This document shows positions 47,426 through 60,939 of a stretch of DNA of 64,000 nucleotides, in pieces. Origin of the DNA: the human T2T-CHM13v2.0 reference genome, Homo sapiens. Each line of letters starts with the position of its first letter. Within the stretch, counting starts at the first letter, position 1. The stretch lies in NCBI RefSeq assembly GCF_009914755.1, contig NC_060936.1. One strand, 5' to 3'. The translations under genes and the position numbers were made by a program. The notes under the pieces are model-generated. The model had not been told where the DNA came from. It saw only the letters and a program-made list of their open reading frames with translations, and ran no database searches.

Positions 47426-48047
47426 TGCCCAGAGCATGCTCCCTGGTTTATATTGCTTTGTTTTCTCTTTCTGGCCCACAGCAATACAAACATTCCTCCC
47501 TTACGCTGTGCTCTTTGTGCTGGAATGAGGAAATTCTTTTTCCAACCCTGGAATTCATGTGTAAAGCAACCACCTTGTACTATCAAGATTCTGATTTTGC
47601 ATTCAAATGTTAAAGCACTCAGTCTGCACATTTTTCACCTAACTCACAATGTTCACAAGCAAATAAAATCCCTGCCAATGAAACTTCCTGTGGCTATTTA
47701 TACCTACCCAGATATGTCTAACTATTCAACATATAGACAGTTTAAGTTCTAGATCTAGGACCCTTGCTCCGTAAACTTAAAAGACGGTAGCATTCTGATA
47801 TATTACATGTTCATTTTGAAGAGTTTTAAAAGGATTAAGTGTAAATCACACAATCAGTGAAAAATATGAATCACTTGTGTTGCTTAGCTAGTTCAAATGA
47901 AATTAAGATTACACATATTCCAAAAAGTTAATTGCTTTTGAATTGATCCATAGCCCCATGCAACTGGCCAAAATACCATGAACAGAAAACAGAAATGATC
48001 CAAATTATTTAATCCCACAACAAGAAAAGCAACAGAAAGCATTTTCT

Positions 48048-48367
48048 GGCTGGGCCTGCTGGTTCATACCTATAATTCCAGCACTTTGGAAGGCCAAGAG
48101 AGGAGGATCACTGGGGCCCAGGAGTTTGAGACCAGCCTGGGTAACATACCGAGACCTCATCTCTATAAAATGTTTTTTAAAAAATAGATGGGTGTGTGGC
48201 ATGTGCCTGTAGTCCCAGCCATTTGGGATGCTGAGGTGGAAGGATTGCTTGAGCCCAGGAGCTCCAGAATACAGTGATCTGCTGTCAAAGCACTCCACTC
48301 TAGCATGGGCAACTGAGTAAGACTCTGTCTCCCAAAAAAGAAAAAAGAACAAAAACAAAAATAAAAA
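48048..48367 (+). mobile_element. AluJ
   Basis: ggaggatcactggggcccaggagtttgagaccagcctggg. Confidence 0.9.
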
Positions 48368-48924
48368 GGAAGCACTTTTTTTGATATATTAAAACCCCAG
48401 TCCTTAATGTCCTTTTTTTCTACACATTCATAAATTGCCATGAGTTATGATGCATGTCATGAGTGTTTTGTACTAAGAACTACAGTATCAAAATTTGTAA
48501 ATAATTCCCTTTTCAGTAATTTATGTGGATCCAAGTTCATTCTATACAATTCAGCATTATTTTCTCGTTTATATCTTTCCAACGTTTCTCCTTGAATGGA
48601 AGAGAAAAGAGGGATCTTACAGGAAGAATGCTAGAATTAAAGCTATTGAAGTCTGTTTAATAGGATGAACATGACCAGATTTGTATTTGTGAAAGAGCAC
48701 ATTGAATACATTGTGAAAAGTAGCAAACTATGAAGCAAGCTGACAACGTCATAGACTGCTGCAGTGACTTTGCAGACAGAACATGAAGCCAAAGATCAGA
48801 GGTAGAAGTAGTGGCAATGCATGTTACCAGGTAAATTGATAAAAATACAGCCTGACTTACATGTGCAGACTGCCTTTGAAAAGTCACTCAAGGAAGTTCA
48901 CTTTAGATTAAAAAATTAAACTGG

Positions 48925-49677
48925 TATGTAGTGGGCAATCACTCTGTGCAGGGCACAGGCATTGTTACAAACAAAACATTTCTAAAAATCCCTGCTTTCA
49001 TGAAGCTTATATTCCAGATGGCAGTATGAAGAAAATAAAAAACAGAAATAAAATGTGTATTGTGTTTGCCACTGATGCATGCTACAGGGAATAATAAAAC
49101 AAGAATGAGAGTTAAAAGTGCCTGAGGGCTATAATCACAGGTTTTACCAGAAATGATCATACTGAGAAAGTGGATTTGAGCAAAGTCCCAAAGGAAATGA
49201 GAGAGTCAAGCAGGTTTAAAGAAAATACTAGCAAAGGAGATATCTCTGAGGTAAGAAAGTGATGTTTCCTGGGAGGTCATCATGACTGGAGAAAAGTAAA
49301 GGAAGTGAGAATAGCAGAAGATAAGATCAGAGGCAAATGAGGGTTGTAGGGTCCAGATCGCACAGTGCCTCTTAAATTATTGCACGACTTCATTTTTGGT
49401 TCAGCATAAGATGGCAACACGTTCTAATCATTTGAACTCAAGAGTGAGGTAATCTGACTTATTTTAACAGGATTACCCTGGCTGCTGTGTCGACAATAGA
49501 CTGATAGGGCAGAAAGAGGACAAAGGTGGAAGAAGGTTCATCAGTTAGGAAGCTATTGGAAAAATCCAGGTGAGGAATAACGGCATCGTGGACCAGGAAG
49601 ATAGCAGTGGGATGGTAAGAAGTGGTTAGATTCCGAATATATTTTGAAAGTAGAGTTAGTAAGTTTTGCTGATGGAT
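48925..49677 (-). mobile_element. L2a fragment
   Basis: cctgctttcatgaagcttatattcca; ttttaacaggattaccctggctgctgtgt; atattttgaaagtagag. Confidence 0.8.
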
Positions 49678-52233
49678 CAAATACCACCAAAGGGAGAGGT
49701 AGGGGCCATCATTCATCCCATTATAAATGTACATTATTTGTAATACAAGAATCAAATCATTTCAGAATACTATACTGGAGTTACTAAACTATTAGTAATT
49801 TCATACTATTAGACAGTATTGCTCAGAACCTGTGGAGAATATCATTGACAAAGAAAAAGCACTAATATCTGGAAAGAGAATATGATATTTATGCCACCAA
49901 TTGATTTTCCCTGTTTTAATTGTGGCATAATTAACAGATCATTTAACTTGCTTTTGCTACTTAGGCTGTGTACAGAAATGTTATCAATAGTAATAATTGT
50001 ATTCTCAGAAGAAAATTTACACACATTTGCAAAAAGTATTAAAATATTTTAAATAGAAAAATAGCACAATATTTTAATTAATTAATTACCGGACTCACCT
50101 GTATACTTTGTTCTTAATTTGTCCAGAATAATATTTCATCATCTGTTCATAGAACCATAATTTGAAATATGATTTTCTATAGGGTGGATGTAAAGATTAT
50201 TTAGTCTTTTCTTTAGCTTAATCAAATTTTACTTTTGATTACTGAGAAGTTTCTTAAGCATTTTTATAATTTTCATCATTAGATATTTTAAGATCCACCG
50301 TGTAAAAGTAGTTTTGACATGATGAAACTCTGATGATCTTTCTTTTCTTTCTTCTTTAAGTATACTTGTCTGGCTTTCACTAATATACTTTCTTCCTGTC
50401 ATATTTAAATTTTGGCAAGGTCAATAATCCTGAAAAAATGAATACAAAATTAGTCTGAAATTGATGCCTGCTCAAGAGCACTTCAAATGCATATTTAAAT
50501 TATCTCTATGTTGCATTGACCTATTCTTTACGTGTTGTAACAAATTGCTCTTGCACTATATATTTTGAATTATTGACAAAGGTGTAGGAGTTTTATCACT
50601 AGAACACTGTTTCTTCAGGCTTTTTTGCTACATTGGTGTCAATTTTATGCATTACTTTATCTGAAACTGATAAACTTCATCAAGACAAAATGTGTTAGAC
50701 ATGCTAAGACATGATCCCTATATAAAAAACATGAGACTTCATGTACAGATATACGGATGTACTCAAGAATTATAGTGCTGCTATCAGTCCAAATCCTAAA
50801 AGCAATGATTCTGATAAATCCCATTGTGCACAATTTCCATTAAAACAAGCAAATGAATGAAAAAGAGTGTGCACATATAATTGTATTTGATGCTTCAGTG
50901 AGTATATTCCTGATAGAAGAAGACTTCTGTTTTGGCCAGACATTGAAGCAAAGACAATCTACTGCTTCAAGTGTTGCACATATAATGACTGAAAGAATTT
51001 TCCACATAGTTCTAGTTCTGGTTCTGTACGTTTCAAACCTTGTTTCTCTTTCACACACTTCTGGCACTAAGGGAGATAAAATGTGCTCATATTTCAATAT
51101 TACTTCTGCCATGCACCTTTGAGCATCCATGTAAGTCAATGTGGTGAGTGATAGGAGTCTTTGTGAAGGTCATTTTAACTGTGGCTGGCAATCACTTATA
51201 CACAAAAATGACTGTAAATCAAATAAAATATCCTACTAAACCCAATAAATGTCAATTCAACTAAACTCCCCATTATCCAGATTTAAGAAAAAAATGCCAT
51301 GACTATTCCAGGGAATTGTGGCAAAGGGAAGATCATGATAACAAGATGTATAAAATTGTGAACATATATATACTAAGATATAATTGTAATGCATGAAAAA
51401 TATGAGTTCACACATAGATGAATTCACTGTTTGCAGTACTGCTGTAGGTTTATGCCCTACAAATACTAGAATTTTGATAAGAAGTATTACTTACTACATG
51501 AGAAAGAAAAAGATGATGCACTCATAATTATGGTGTTGAGCATATAGGAAATGTTCATAGTTTGGTAATCTCTGATCCGGCATCTCATGATAGCAGCTGG
51601 TGAATCAGCACGCAGACAGAGGAGGTACACCTGGAAGTTTCTAATCTCCCTCCAGTGCTTGGAACTTGCTGGCATCAGTAGAGTCATCTGGCCACAGTAT
51701 CCTAAGCCACTGATGTTGTCACTCCTCTCAAGGTACCCCAACCAACCACACCCCAACCCTTCTTCCTCTTATGTGGCAAACCAGATGTCTCATGAAACTC
51801 TGGGACTCATGCCTGTGAGATCATTCTCAGGTCTTAAAACAAACTCCAGCTCCAGGATAGTGGCCTGGCAATAGCAACCATTAGCTGCATGGTACTTCTT
51901 TCAGAGGATCATGTGAGACCGTATTCAGGCCACTAGAATGACACTGATGTGCTGATTTTGGTGACTCTCACATCAGACATATCACATCAGACATGAGACC
52001 AGTTCAGGGCTCTGAACTGCCAACAAGACACCCTCAGCTTAGCTTTGTGTTTTGGCCTGTGTCTCAGCTTTCTTCTTTGGGATTTCCAAATGAAGGCTGC
52101 CTCTGGTTCATAGAATATTTTTGATATTTACTGCTCCATATAAATAATTTCATTCATTGAATTTCATTAACAAACTCTATTTAATTTGGATTGCCTTGCA
52201 TTCATAAATTTTCTTTTCATAGGAATAAATGTT

Positions 52234-52528
52234 GCTGGACATGGTAGCTCACATCTGTAATCTAAATGCTTTGGGAGGCTGAGGCTGGAGGATCGTTTGA
52301 TTCCAGGAGTTCTAGATCAGCCTGGGAAACAAAGTGAGATCCCATCTCTACAAAAAATTAGCTGAGTGTGGTGGCACACACCTGTAGTCCTAGCAACTTG
52401 GGAGGCTGAGGCAGTAGGATTGCTTGAGCCCAGAAGTTCAAGGTTTCAGTGAGGTATGATCATGTCACTGCACTTCAACCTCGGCGACAGAGTGAGACCC
52501 TGTCTCTAGAATAAATAAATAAATAATA
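52234..52528 (+). mobile_element. AluJ
   Basis: dimer with ggattgcttgagcccag and (TAAA)n tail. Confidence 0.9.
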
Positions 52529-52539
52529 AGTGTTTCCAC

Positions 52540-53000
52540 CAATAAATATATCTTTTCTATTATTTGAATATTTTATTATTTTAAAAAAGTTTTAATTTTT
52601 CCATATTTTTAACAATTTTACTATACCTACTGTGAAGGGTATCTTTTAACTGTTATGTTTTCTAACTGCTTATTCTGTTAACTAGTGGAGTTATTGATTT
52701 TTATGTGAAGAACTTGTATCTAACCACTTTGGTAAAATGTTTCATTAATTCAATATCCTATCATTTAATTAATTTGGTTTTATATGATGATAAGTATGTC
52801 ATCAGCAAATAATGGTTTTATCTCATTTCTTCTGCTTATCTATTACATTGGCTGGGATATCAAATACAATATTCAATAATGACAATGAAATTGTCTTGTT
52901 CCTTTGTTTAACATTGTATCTAATGCTAACATTATATCTATTATATCTAATTCTCTCAACACAACTTCTGTTAGCTATGCTTTACCAAATTAGAAAAATA
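52540..53000 (-). mobile_element. old L1ME fragment
   Basis: ttattgatttttatgtg...ttgtatc...tatgtcatcagcaaataatgg. Confidence 0.55.
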
Positions 53001-54898
53001 CAGACAAATGTGGCTATTTTGTGTTTCCCTGTTTATCTAGAAGAGTTCCTTTTTGTTTCTCAGTTATGACCCAGCCAACTTAGGATTCCTTCTCCAGAGT
53101 TAGATTTTCCTAATGCCATGATTATAATGCACAATTTTAGTGAAATTCCAATTTAGAGAAATTGAGGAAGAGCCATAGAAGAGTTAATGTATAATGCAAA
53201 TACAAAAATGTCATTTGACATAATAATTTTAAAATTTCCAGTTTGTATTTAGATAAAGGATGAAACTATAAATGTTACAACATGACATCTTTTCACAACA
53301 TGTGTTACCCTAGATATTAAATGCAAATGTCAGTCTCTTTTCATCCATAAATAGGATCAGAGCCCAGATGTAATTCATGTAAAATAACATATTTCAACCT
53401 ATTTTGAATAATTTGGTGGAAATGAATTTAAATATTTATGAAGATACAATTTATTTTTGAGTATGTTGTTCACAGGCCTATCACTTTCATACAGCCAAAG
53501 TTCACAGGACATTATCAATCCAGGGTCATAATTCTATGCCCTATTATTTATTAAACCCTAAACAGAACTATTTTCTATAAAAGAATGCTTGGTGTTATGG
53601 TTGATTGCCAAGTGAGATAAATTGACTACTAAAAGTTGTCAGGAATTTCTGTTTCTAGTAGTGAGTAATTTGAACAGGTTCCTTTATTCAAAGTAAAGCA
53701 GTGTAGAACCTGATCTCTTTTCTTTTGAAGTTCAGCATTATTAAAATATCTTAATAAGAAGGGTTGACTGAGGTCAGCTGACAAACATGGGCAGCAGCTC
53801 CTCTTGAAGGGAAAGTCACTGAAAATGTGGGAAAAATATGGACTGGAGACCTGGGCTCAAAACCAATTCTTCGAACACTGTGCAGTTGAGACCAGGTTGT
53901 CCTTCTGACCTAGCTGTGCTGTCACTCCGCAGGTTGCTTGCAGGAAAGTGGCACGTGAATACTTACACTTAGAAAGTCCTTGAAATTGAAATGTTATTTT
54001 AGAAGCCTAACTCTTCTTTGCCATGGGATAGCCACTGCTAATCATAGTATAAAGGGAGAGAAGATTTTTCTACCCTGCTTTCACCTACTCTCTGAGAAGC
54101 TGCTGCAGGCCAGCAAATGGAGGGACTATCTCTGAGTCTCAGCAGGTTTAATAATACTCAGTACATAGTTCTCACTATATAGCTATAATTTTAGCCACAA
54201 CATAGGAGAATAGGATTCTCTGACAAGTTTAGCAGGCTTTCTGGTTTTCTGTCCTTAAATAATAATATCAACCAATCTTTGCCTTATGGCAAGAAAAAAA
54301 GATGCAGGCAAGGAAATAAAGCCATTCTCTCCATGTGTGAATTGAAGACTGGTATAATTTAACTTGTATAATATCATACTGTGCTATTCTAAGTGAAAGA
54401 AGCATAGAACATATTATAGCAAACCCTAAACCAAACCTTGCAGGCAATAAATGATATGGTTTCAATTGGTAAGGTAGAACCATAGAATGTAAGTATCAGT
54501 TCAGATAATTTTGTTTCTAAAAGTACATCGAATTCCTCTTTTGATTATCTGACAAGTAGCCAGGTAGCTATCTCAAGGTTTATGGATTTAACTAGCTATT
54601 CAAATTCTTTTTATATCATTAATGACTAAATTAGTATTAATATAAATTAAGCTTATAAGGCATCATGAAATGACATCCAGGGTAGCCAGGAAGAGTGAGT
54701 GGCATGAGAAGAGAAAGGACAAAGATGAAGACCAAATAGAAGCCACTTGTGATTTGTAAAGAGATACTGTAATAGAATGTTAAGGATAAAAAGCCAGAAT
54801 AGAGTGGAATAAATTAAATAGAAATGAGGAAAAGAGTAAGTGCACAGAATGCTAGAATTTTGGATTTTAATGAAAGAGAGAGGTAGGTTGAGGTATAC

Positions 54899-55003
54899 AT
54901 CTCTCTCTCTCTCTCTAAATACATATATACATACATATTTCCATTATATATATATGGAATGTATATTTCCATATATATATACATATATATATATATATGG
55001 AAA
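54899..55003. repeat. (CT)n plus (TA)n-rich tract
   Basis: direct reading. Confidence 0.9.
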
Positions 55004-55049
55004 GCTAGGTAGCAAAATAACCTGATTAATAAACAAAAGTGATTATAGT

Positions 55050-55232
55050 TGGAAAGATCTGGATTTGGAATTTGGGAGCTGATATTTATTAGCTGGATGA
55101 GTACAAATTGCCTCAGTTTCATCATTTCTAAAATAGAGATATTGATGCTTATTTCACAAAGTGGCTTTAGGGAATAAATTGAATGTTATGTGTCTACTCC
55201 TTCGGCAAATAGAAGTGCTTAATAAGTGGTAC
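55050..55232 (+). mobile_element. MIR
   Basis: gcctcagtttcatcatttctaaaatagag core. Confidence 0.7.
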
Positions 55233-55614
55233 ATATTAATAATATTTTAAAGTTGGTTAAATTATCTCTCTAATAAATTTGGTTATTAATAATAATATTA
55301 ATCATGATAATAATTGCTATTGACTATTTCTACTAATCAGGTTTTCTTGATGGTTAACATGAAAATTCATTAACATAAGCATTAAGGAATTTATTGTAAG
55401 ATTATGTCATGAAGCTTGCAAAATTAATAAAAAACTGAAGTGCCAAGGTTAAGCATGAATGCCAAGAGGCAAGGCATAGCCAAGCTGCCAAAATGTTTTT
55501 ACAGAAGCCATTTGCTCATGACATTGCATTTTGACCAGATAACCTGACATTCTGCCATCTCTGCGCAAGTGCTGCTGTGATACTGCATTGTTCTCTCTGC
55601 TATCAGTATGATTC

Positions 55615-55801
55615 CAGGCTTTCTCAACCTAAGCACTATTGACATTTGGATGAGACTTCGATGTATGGAACTTTCTTGTACCTTGTGGGATGCTTAGCAG
55701 CATCTCTGGCTTCTACTCATTAGATACCAGTAGCACTCCCTGAATCCTGACAATCAAAAATTTCTGCAGACATTGCACAAATGTCCCAGTTGACAACCAG
55801 T
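55615..55801 (-). mobile_element. MER20 hAT-Charlie MITE
   Basis: caggctttctcaacc...cactattgacatttgg...tagataccagtagcac...gttgacaaccagt. Confidence 0.85.
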
Positions 55802-57359
55802 ACTATGCAAATATCTCTACTGACCTGAACCTTTGCTTCACTCCTTCAAGATTCAAATATGAAACAGGAGCATCTGCTTACTCATATTTGCTTCATATAA
55901 TCTAACTACCAGAAGGGTACAGGAAAAAAATGTTTCTTCTGTTTTTCTTATTGGAGACAATGGACTTCCAGTTACCTGGAATTGCTCTGTTATATTTGAA
56001 TGGTGTTCAAATACAGAGCCACAAAAACAAATATACATGGAATCTCCTATGTGCCAATTATTATGGTAGCCTCACTGCAGTCATTTATAATCATTATGAC
56101 AATCTTTTAAGGAAGCTGTTGTTATAATCATTTTACTGATGCACAAAGTGAAGTTTAAAGACTTTACATGCTTTGCTGAGCATCAACCAGCTCAAACAAA
56201 TTTTGTTTGATGCTGATATCTTTCATCTTCTATCAGGTCGAATTCAACTGACATTTACAGCAATCCCACCTCAAGTTGCTATTTTTTTCTTTTAGTTTAC
56301 TACTTAGAGAAAATGATTTTTAAATGGTTTTTAATTATATTGAACTATAATTTCTCTATTGTGGGAATGCATCCACCCAGTGTTCCCTGTAGTGAATAAT
56401 TACAGACCTGTTTTTTGATTCATATCTCCACTCAATAAAGAACACTGCCCATTCTTCTCATTCCAAATTCTCTTTCTACTGTCACTCAAATTAAGGTTAT
56501 TTAAATGTCATGAATACAAGAAAGAATTTCAGTTTCGAGAAATCCTTGAAGATGTTTTTCAGATAACAGCTATGTTAAAAAAAAATCCTAAGTTTCCTCT
56601 TTACCTAAGATAATTCTTTTTTACTTCTTAATTGTGTATTACCTAGCCAACTCAGAATTTGTCCTCCAGACTAACAACCTAGCACAGAGTCAGTCAAATT
56701 GAGGTAACCTCGGTATGGAAGAAGGCAGAATGCACTATTGGAATAGCTGGAAGATAGTGTGCAATTGGTCTATTTATTTCTTAGTATGATAACTCTTAGT
56801 CATCAGTAATTATTATATAAACAAAAATTTGAGTGTCTCTGAACCACTGATTTTTCTGCTGCTTGGTTACCTCTGTAGATACTTTATTTTCTTTCATATT
56901 TAATCATCTTCACACATATGCATTTACTAATTTAATCTTATATTTATCAAATTTTTGAGTCATATGTAGACGTTAGCTTCAAAAAATACCAACTCTCTTA
57001 CACAAATGCACAAAAATCCCCAAACAATTAATGTAGTTTTGTTATTAATAAATGTTTTTGTCTGTATGCCAATCCAGTAGCTAAATGTGTTATGGGATAC
57101 ATCATTGACAATGATGATTGTTTTGGACTAAGAAGTCTGTTGCTCTCATGATTATGCAAATCCTTTCATCCTCTGGCCAATATCATGTTTTCAAAGTTTT
57201 ATCTTTCAGTATGAGATATAGATAAGAAGAATAGGAGAGGTTAGAAAAAGAAAGAAACCTAATCTCAGTGTATTTCCCTCTTTCCCATAGCACATTTATG
57301 TTGATCAAAATACCAGACAGATTGCCAAAATCTAAGGGCAACATAACAATCTTAATAGT

Positions 57360-57560
57360 CAGCCTTAATTGAGTACATTCCAGGTCACATGTACTGGGTA
57401 ATGTGCTTTACATGCCTTATTTCATTTATTTCTCAAAAACACTAGGAAATAGATTTATTTTCACTCTCTTTTTACAGCTGAGGAGTCTGAGTTACAATAA
57501 AATGGAGAATGCAACAAGTTAGTACCAGGGCCAAAATTCTCACTGTTGCTTTCTAACACA
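57360..57560 (-). mobile_element. MIR
   Basis: gtgctttacatg...ttttacagctgaggagtctgag. Confidence 0.6.
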
Positions 57561-57719
57561 GGGGTCTAGTTTCAGGTTACAAATGTTTTACCAGTATAGG
57601 AGACAGCTAGTGAATGGTCAGCAAAGTGATTTGGACTAAATGAATAATAGGAATTCATATAATGAGGAAGATAACTAAGGAATTTATTTGTGTTTGTATC
57701 TAGGAACGTTTGTCTGGCT

Positions 57720-57930
57720 TTACCTATGCATATATGACAGAGCACTTGCTTTTTTACGCCCTTTACAAATATTAACCCATTTATTTCTCACACCAACTTT
57801 CTGAAATAGGTTTTATTATCATGTTAATTATTATCATTTGAGAGGTGAGGAATGTGAGATAATGAAAATTAATAACATGCCTGTCAAATTGCTAAGCGCA
57901 GCAATGGAATTCTAAACCAGGTGATGTGGC
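57720..57930 (-). mobile_element. MIR
   Basis: ctttacaaatattaacccatttattt...gaggtgaggaatgtgag. Confidence 0.6.
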
Positions 57931-58254
57931 CCTTAACTGGTATTCTATGCTGATACCTGTGGAAGGAGTCCCATATATTCTCCGGGCCATGATTCCTTTC
58001 CACTAGGCTTAAATTCTGCAGTAAATCATTATAGCTAATCCCTTGCATATCACCGTTTTTTCTTCCCTACTTGATCTTTCACATCAGCTGACAAATATGT
58101 TACTATGTATCCGTTGTTTAAAATATATATATTTATATAAATAAAATAAATAAAATGTATTTGTATAAATAAAATAAATTATATACATATATATACCCTC
58201 TTAACTCCATTCCCTTTGCAAATGTTATCCATTTTCTACTAGTCTTTATAATAA

Positions 58255-58751
<497 letters not shown>

Positions 58752-58792
58752 CAGAATCTTTCATTATTTAAAATATTGTCTTTTTTTTCTAT

Positions 58793-59008
58793 CATATACC
58801 TGAAACTTGCTAATAGAGGAGATCTTAAGTGTTCTTGCCATCCCCCACAAAAAAACCAACCATAACTATGTGAGATGATAGATATGTTAATTAGTTTGTT
58901 TTTGGCAATTATTCCACAGTGTATATGTATATGAAAATATCAAGTTGTACACAGTGAATATATAAAATTTTTATTTTCCAAGTATACTTCAGTAAAGCTG
59001 GGAAAAAA
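58793..59008 (+). mobile_element. L1MA9/10-like 3' end, 5'-truncated
   Basis: agatcttaagtgttct...taactatgtgagatgatagatatgttaattag...taaagctgggaaaaaa. Confidence 0.85.
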
Positions 59009-59429
59009 CACATTTAAGAAAAAAACACATTTAAGAAATATATACTCCATATAAACTTCATTATGGCAGGTATAGTTATCTGCTTTGCTCACTACTGTAT
59101 CTCAGGGCTGAGAAGCCCTAAGATAAGCTCTTATAAAAGGATGAAATATGGAGTATAGGATAAAACATATTAGACTTGAAATTTTCACAGCTGTACATAC
59201 AAGTCTAGTATAGTTTTCAGGGCTTTATAATTAGGTATTCACTTTTGCTTTTTTGGGAAGGAGACTCAACAGGAGATGAAATGTGTGTTTCCTGTGTTGC
59301 ATGTTCCTGCACAGGTACTTCGAGGACAGTAGATCTTCCCACCCCTTCTAAATACTCTGTGTGTGTACATTTTTGAGATTACATATTTGGATTTTATGTT
59401 TTTTTTAAAAAAAAGAAATAAAATACTGT

Positions 59430-59468
<39 letters not shown>

Positions 59469-60939
59469 TGCATTAGAACACTACCCTCACTTGGTTTTCT
59501 ACTTAATTTTGGGGTAGTTCTATCTCAGTTTATTATCCTAGTTCCTCCTTATCTCCCCAAAATGTAGACAGTGCAATGTTCCAGGGCTCAGTCCTTGGAC
59601 CCCTTGTCTCTGTACTTACAGTTTTCTATTTATATTTACTCCCTGTGTGGTCTCATCTAGTTTCATATCCTACTAACAACTGTATGCAGATTAGTCTCAA
59701 ATTTTGTTTTCCACTCGTACCTATCCCCTAAACTGCAAACATATTCATCCAGTTGTTTCTTTTACACTTGGCTGTCTAACATGCATCTCAAACTTAACTG
59801 GTTCAAAACACGGTTCTTAGTCTTTTTCCCCCTTAACCCTGTTCCTCTTTCAACTACCCCATAGCATCACCCCCCATCAACCTGCTCTAGCTATAGTTGT
59901 CCCACTTCATTATTTGAAGTTCATTATATGAAAACACCATCTTTACTCATCTGGTAGCGTATCACAGATCCCACAGAATATGATTTGCCTCAAAATATTG
60001 CCATAAACTTCCCACTTTTCATTAGCCTCCCTACTTCTACCCTGATGCCCTTGGATTGCTGAAAGTTTCTAAATATATCCATGTTTCTATCCTTGCCACT
60101 GTAACCTGTTTTCCATGTAGAAATTGGAGTTATCCTTTTAAAACACAGTTAGATCCACTGCTGAACTCCTTCCACTGCCATGCAAATCACTAAGCTTCTA
60201 TAAGGTTTTGGGTTCCTAAGTAATCTCTTTGATCTGTCCCTTGTGACTCTCTTCCTGGTTTACCCTTTTCCTCCCACACCGACTCTTTTTGCTGTTTCTT
60301 GCACAAGTCAAACATGTTCCCACAGTGGAACCTGTGTACCTACTACTCCCTCAGATGAAATACTCTTTTCCCCTATATACATTGCCTGCCTTCTCTGCCC
60401 TTTCAAGTCTCTCCTCAAATGCCACCTGCTCAGTGTCACCTTCTCTAGCAAGCCAGTCAAAAATATCAATCCCCCTCAGTTCCAGATGCTCATGATACTC
60501 CTTTCTTGCTTTAGTTTTCTCCTCAAGTCTTAGAGTCAGTGAATATATTATATATTTTACAGACTTATCTTTTTAAAATTAATCTGTCTCTCCCTAATAG
60601 TATGTAAGATTTATTAGGGCAGAAAGTTTTATATTTTGTTCACAGCTTTACTTCAGAATATAGGATAGTAGATGATTAATAAAGATATGTTGAATAAATG
60701 AACTGTACACTATAAAAGTGGATAAGGAAGTAATCATGGAAGTATAAGTAAGGTTAACCTTAAAGGACTGGTAGAGTTCCTCAGACAGAGAAAATAAGAA
60801 ATACTTTGGGCAAGAGAAAAACATCAGTTGAGGCTTTGGCAGTAAGAATTAGTATGTTATGTCTACCAGAGAGAGATGAAATCAACAGAGTGAAGTTAGA
60901 AGGTGTATCTTTTATTTTAAAATATTTATTTATTCACAA

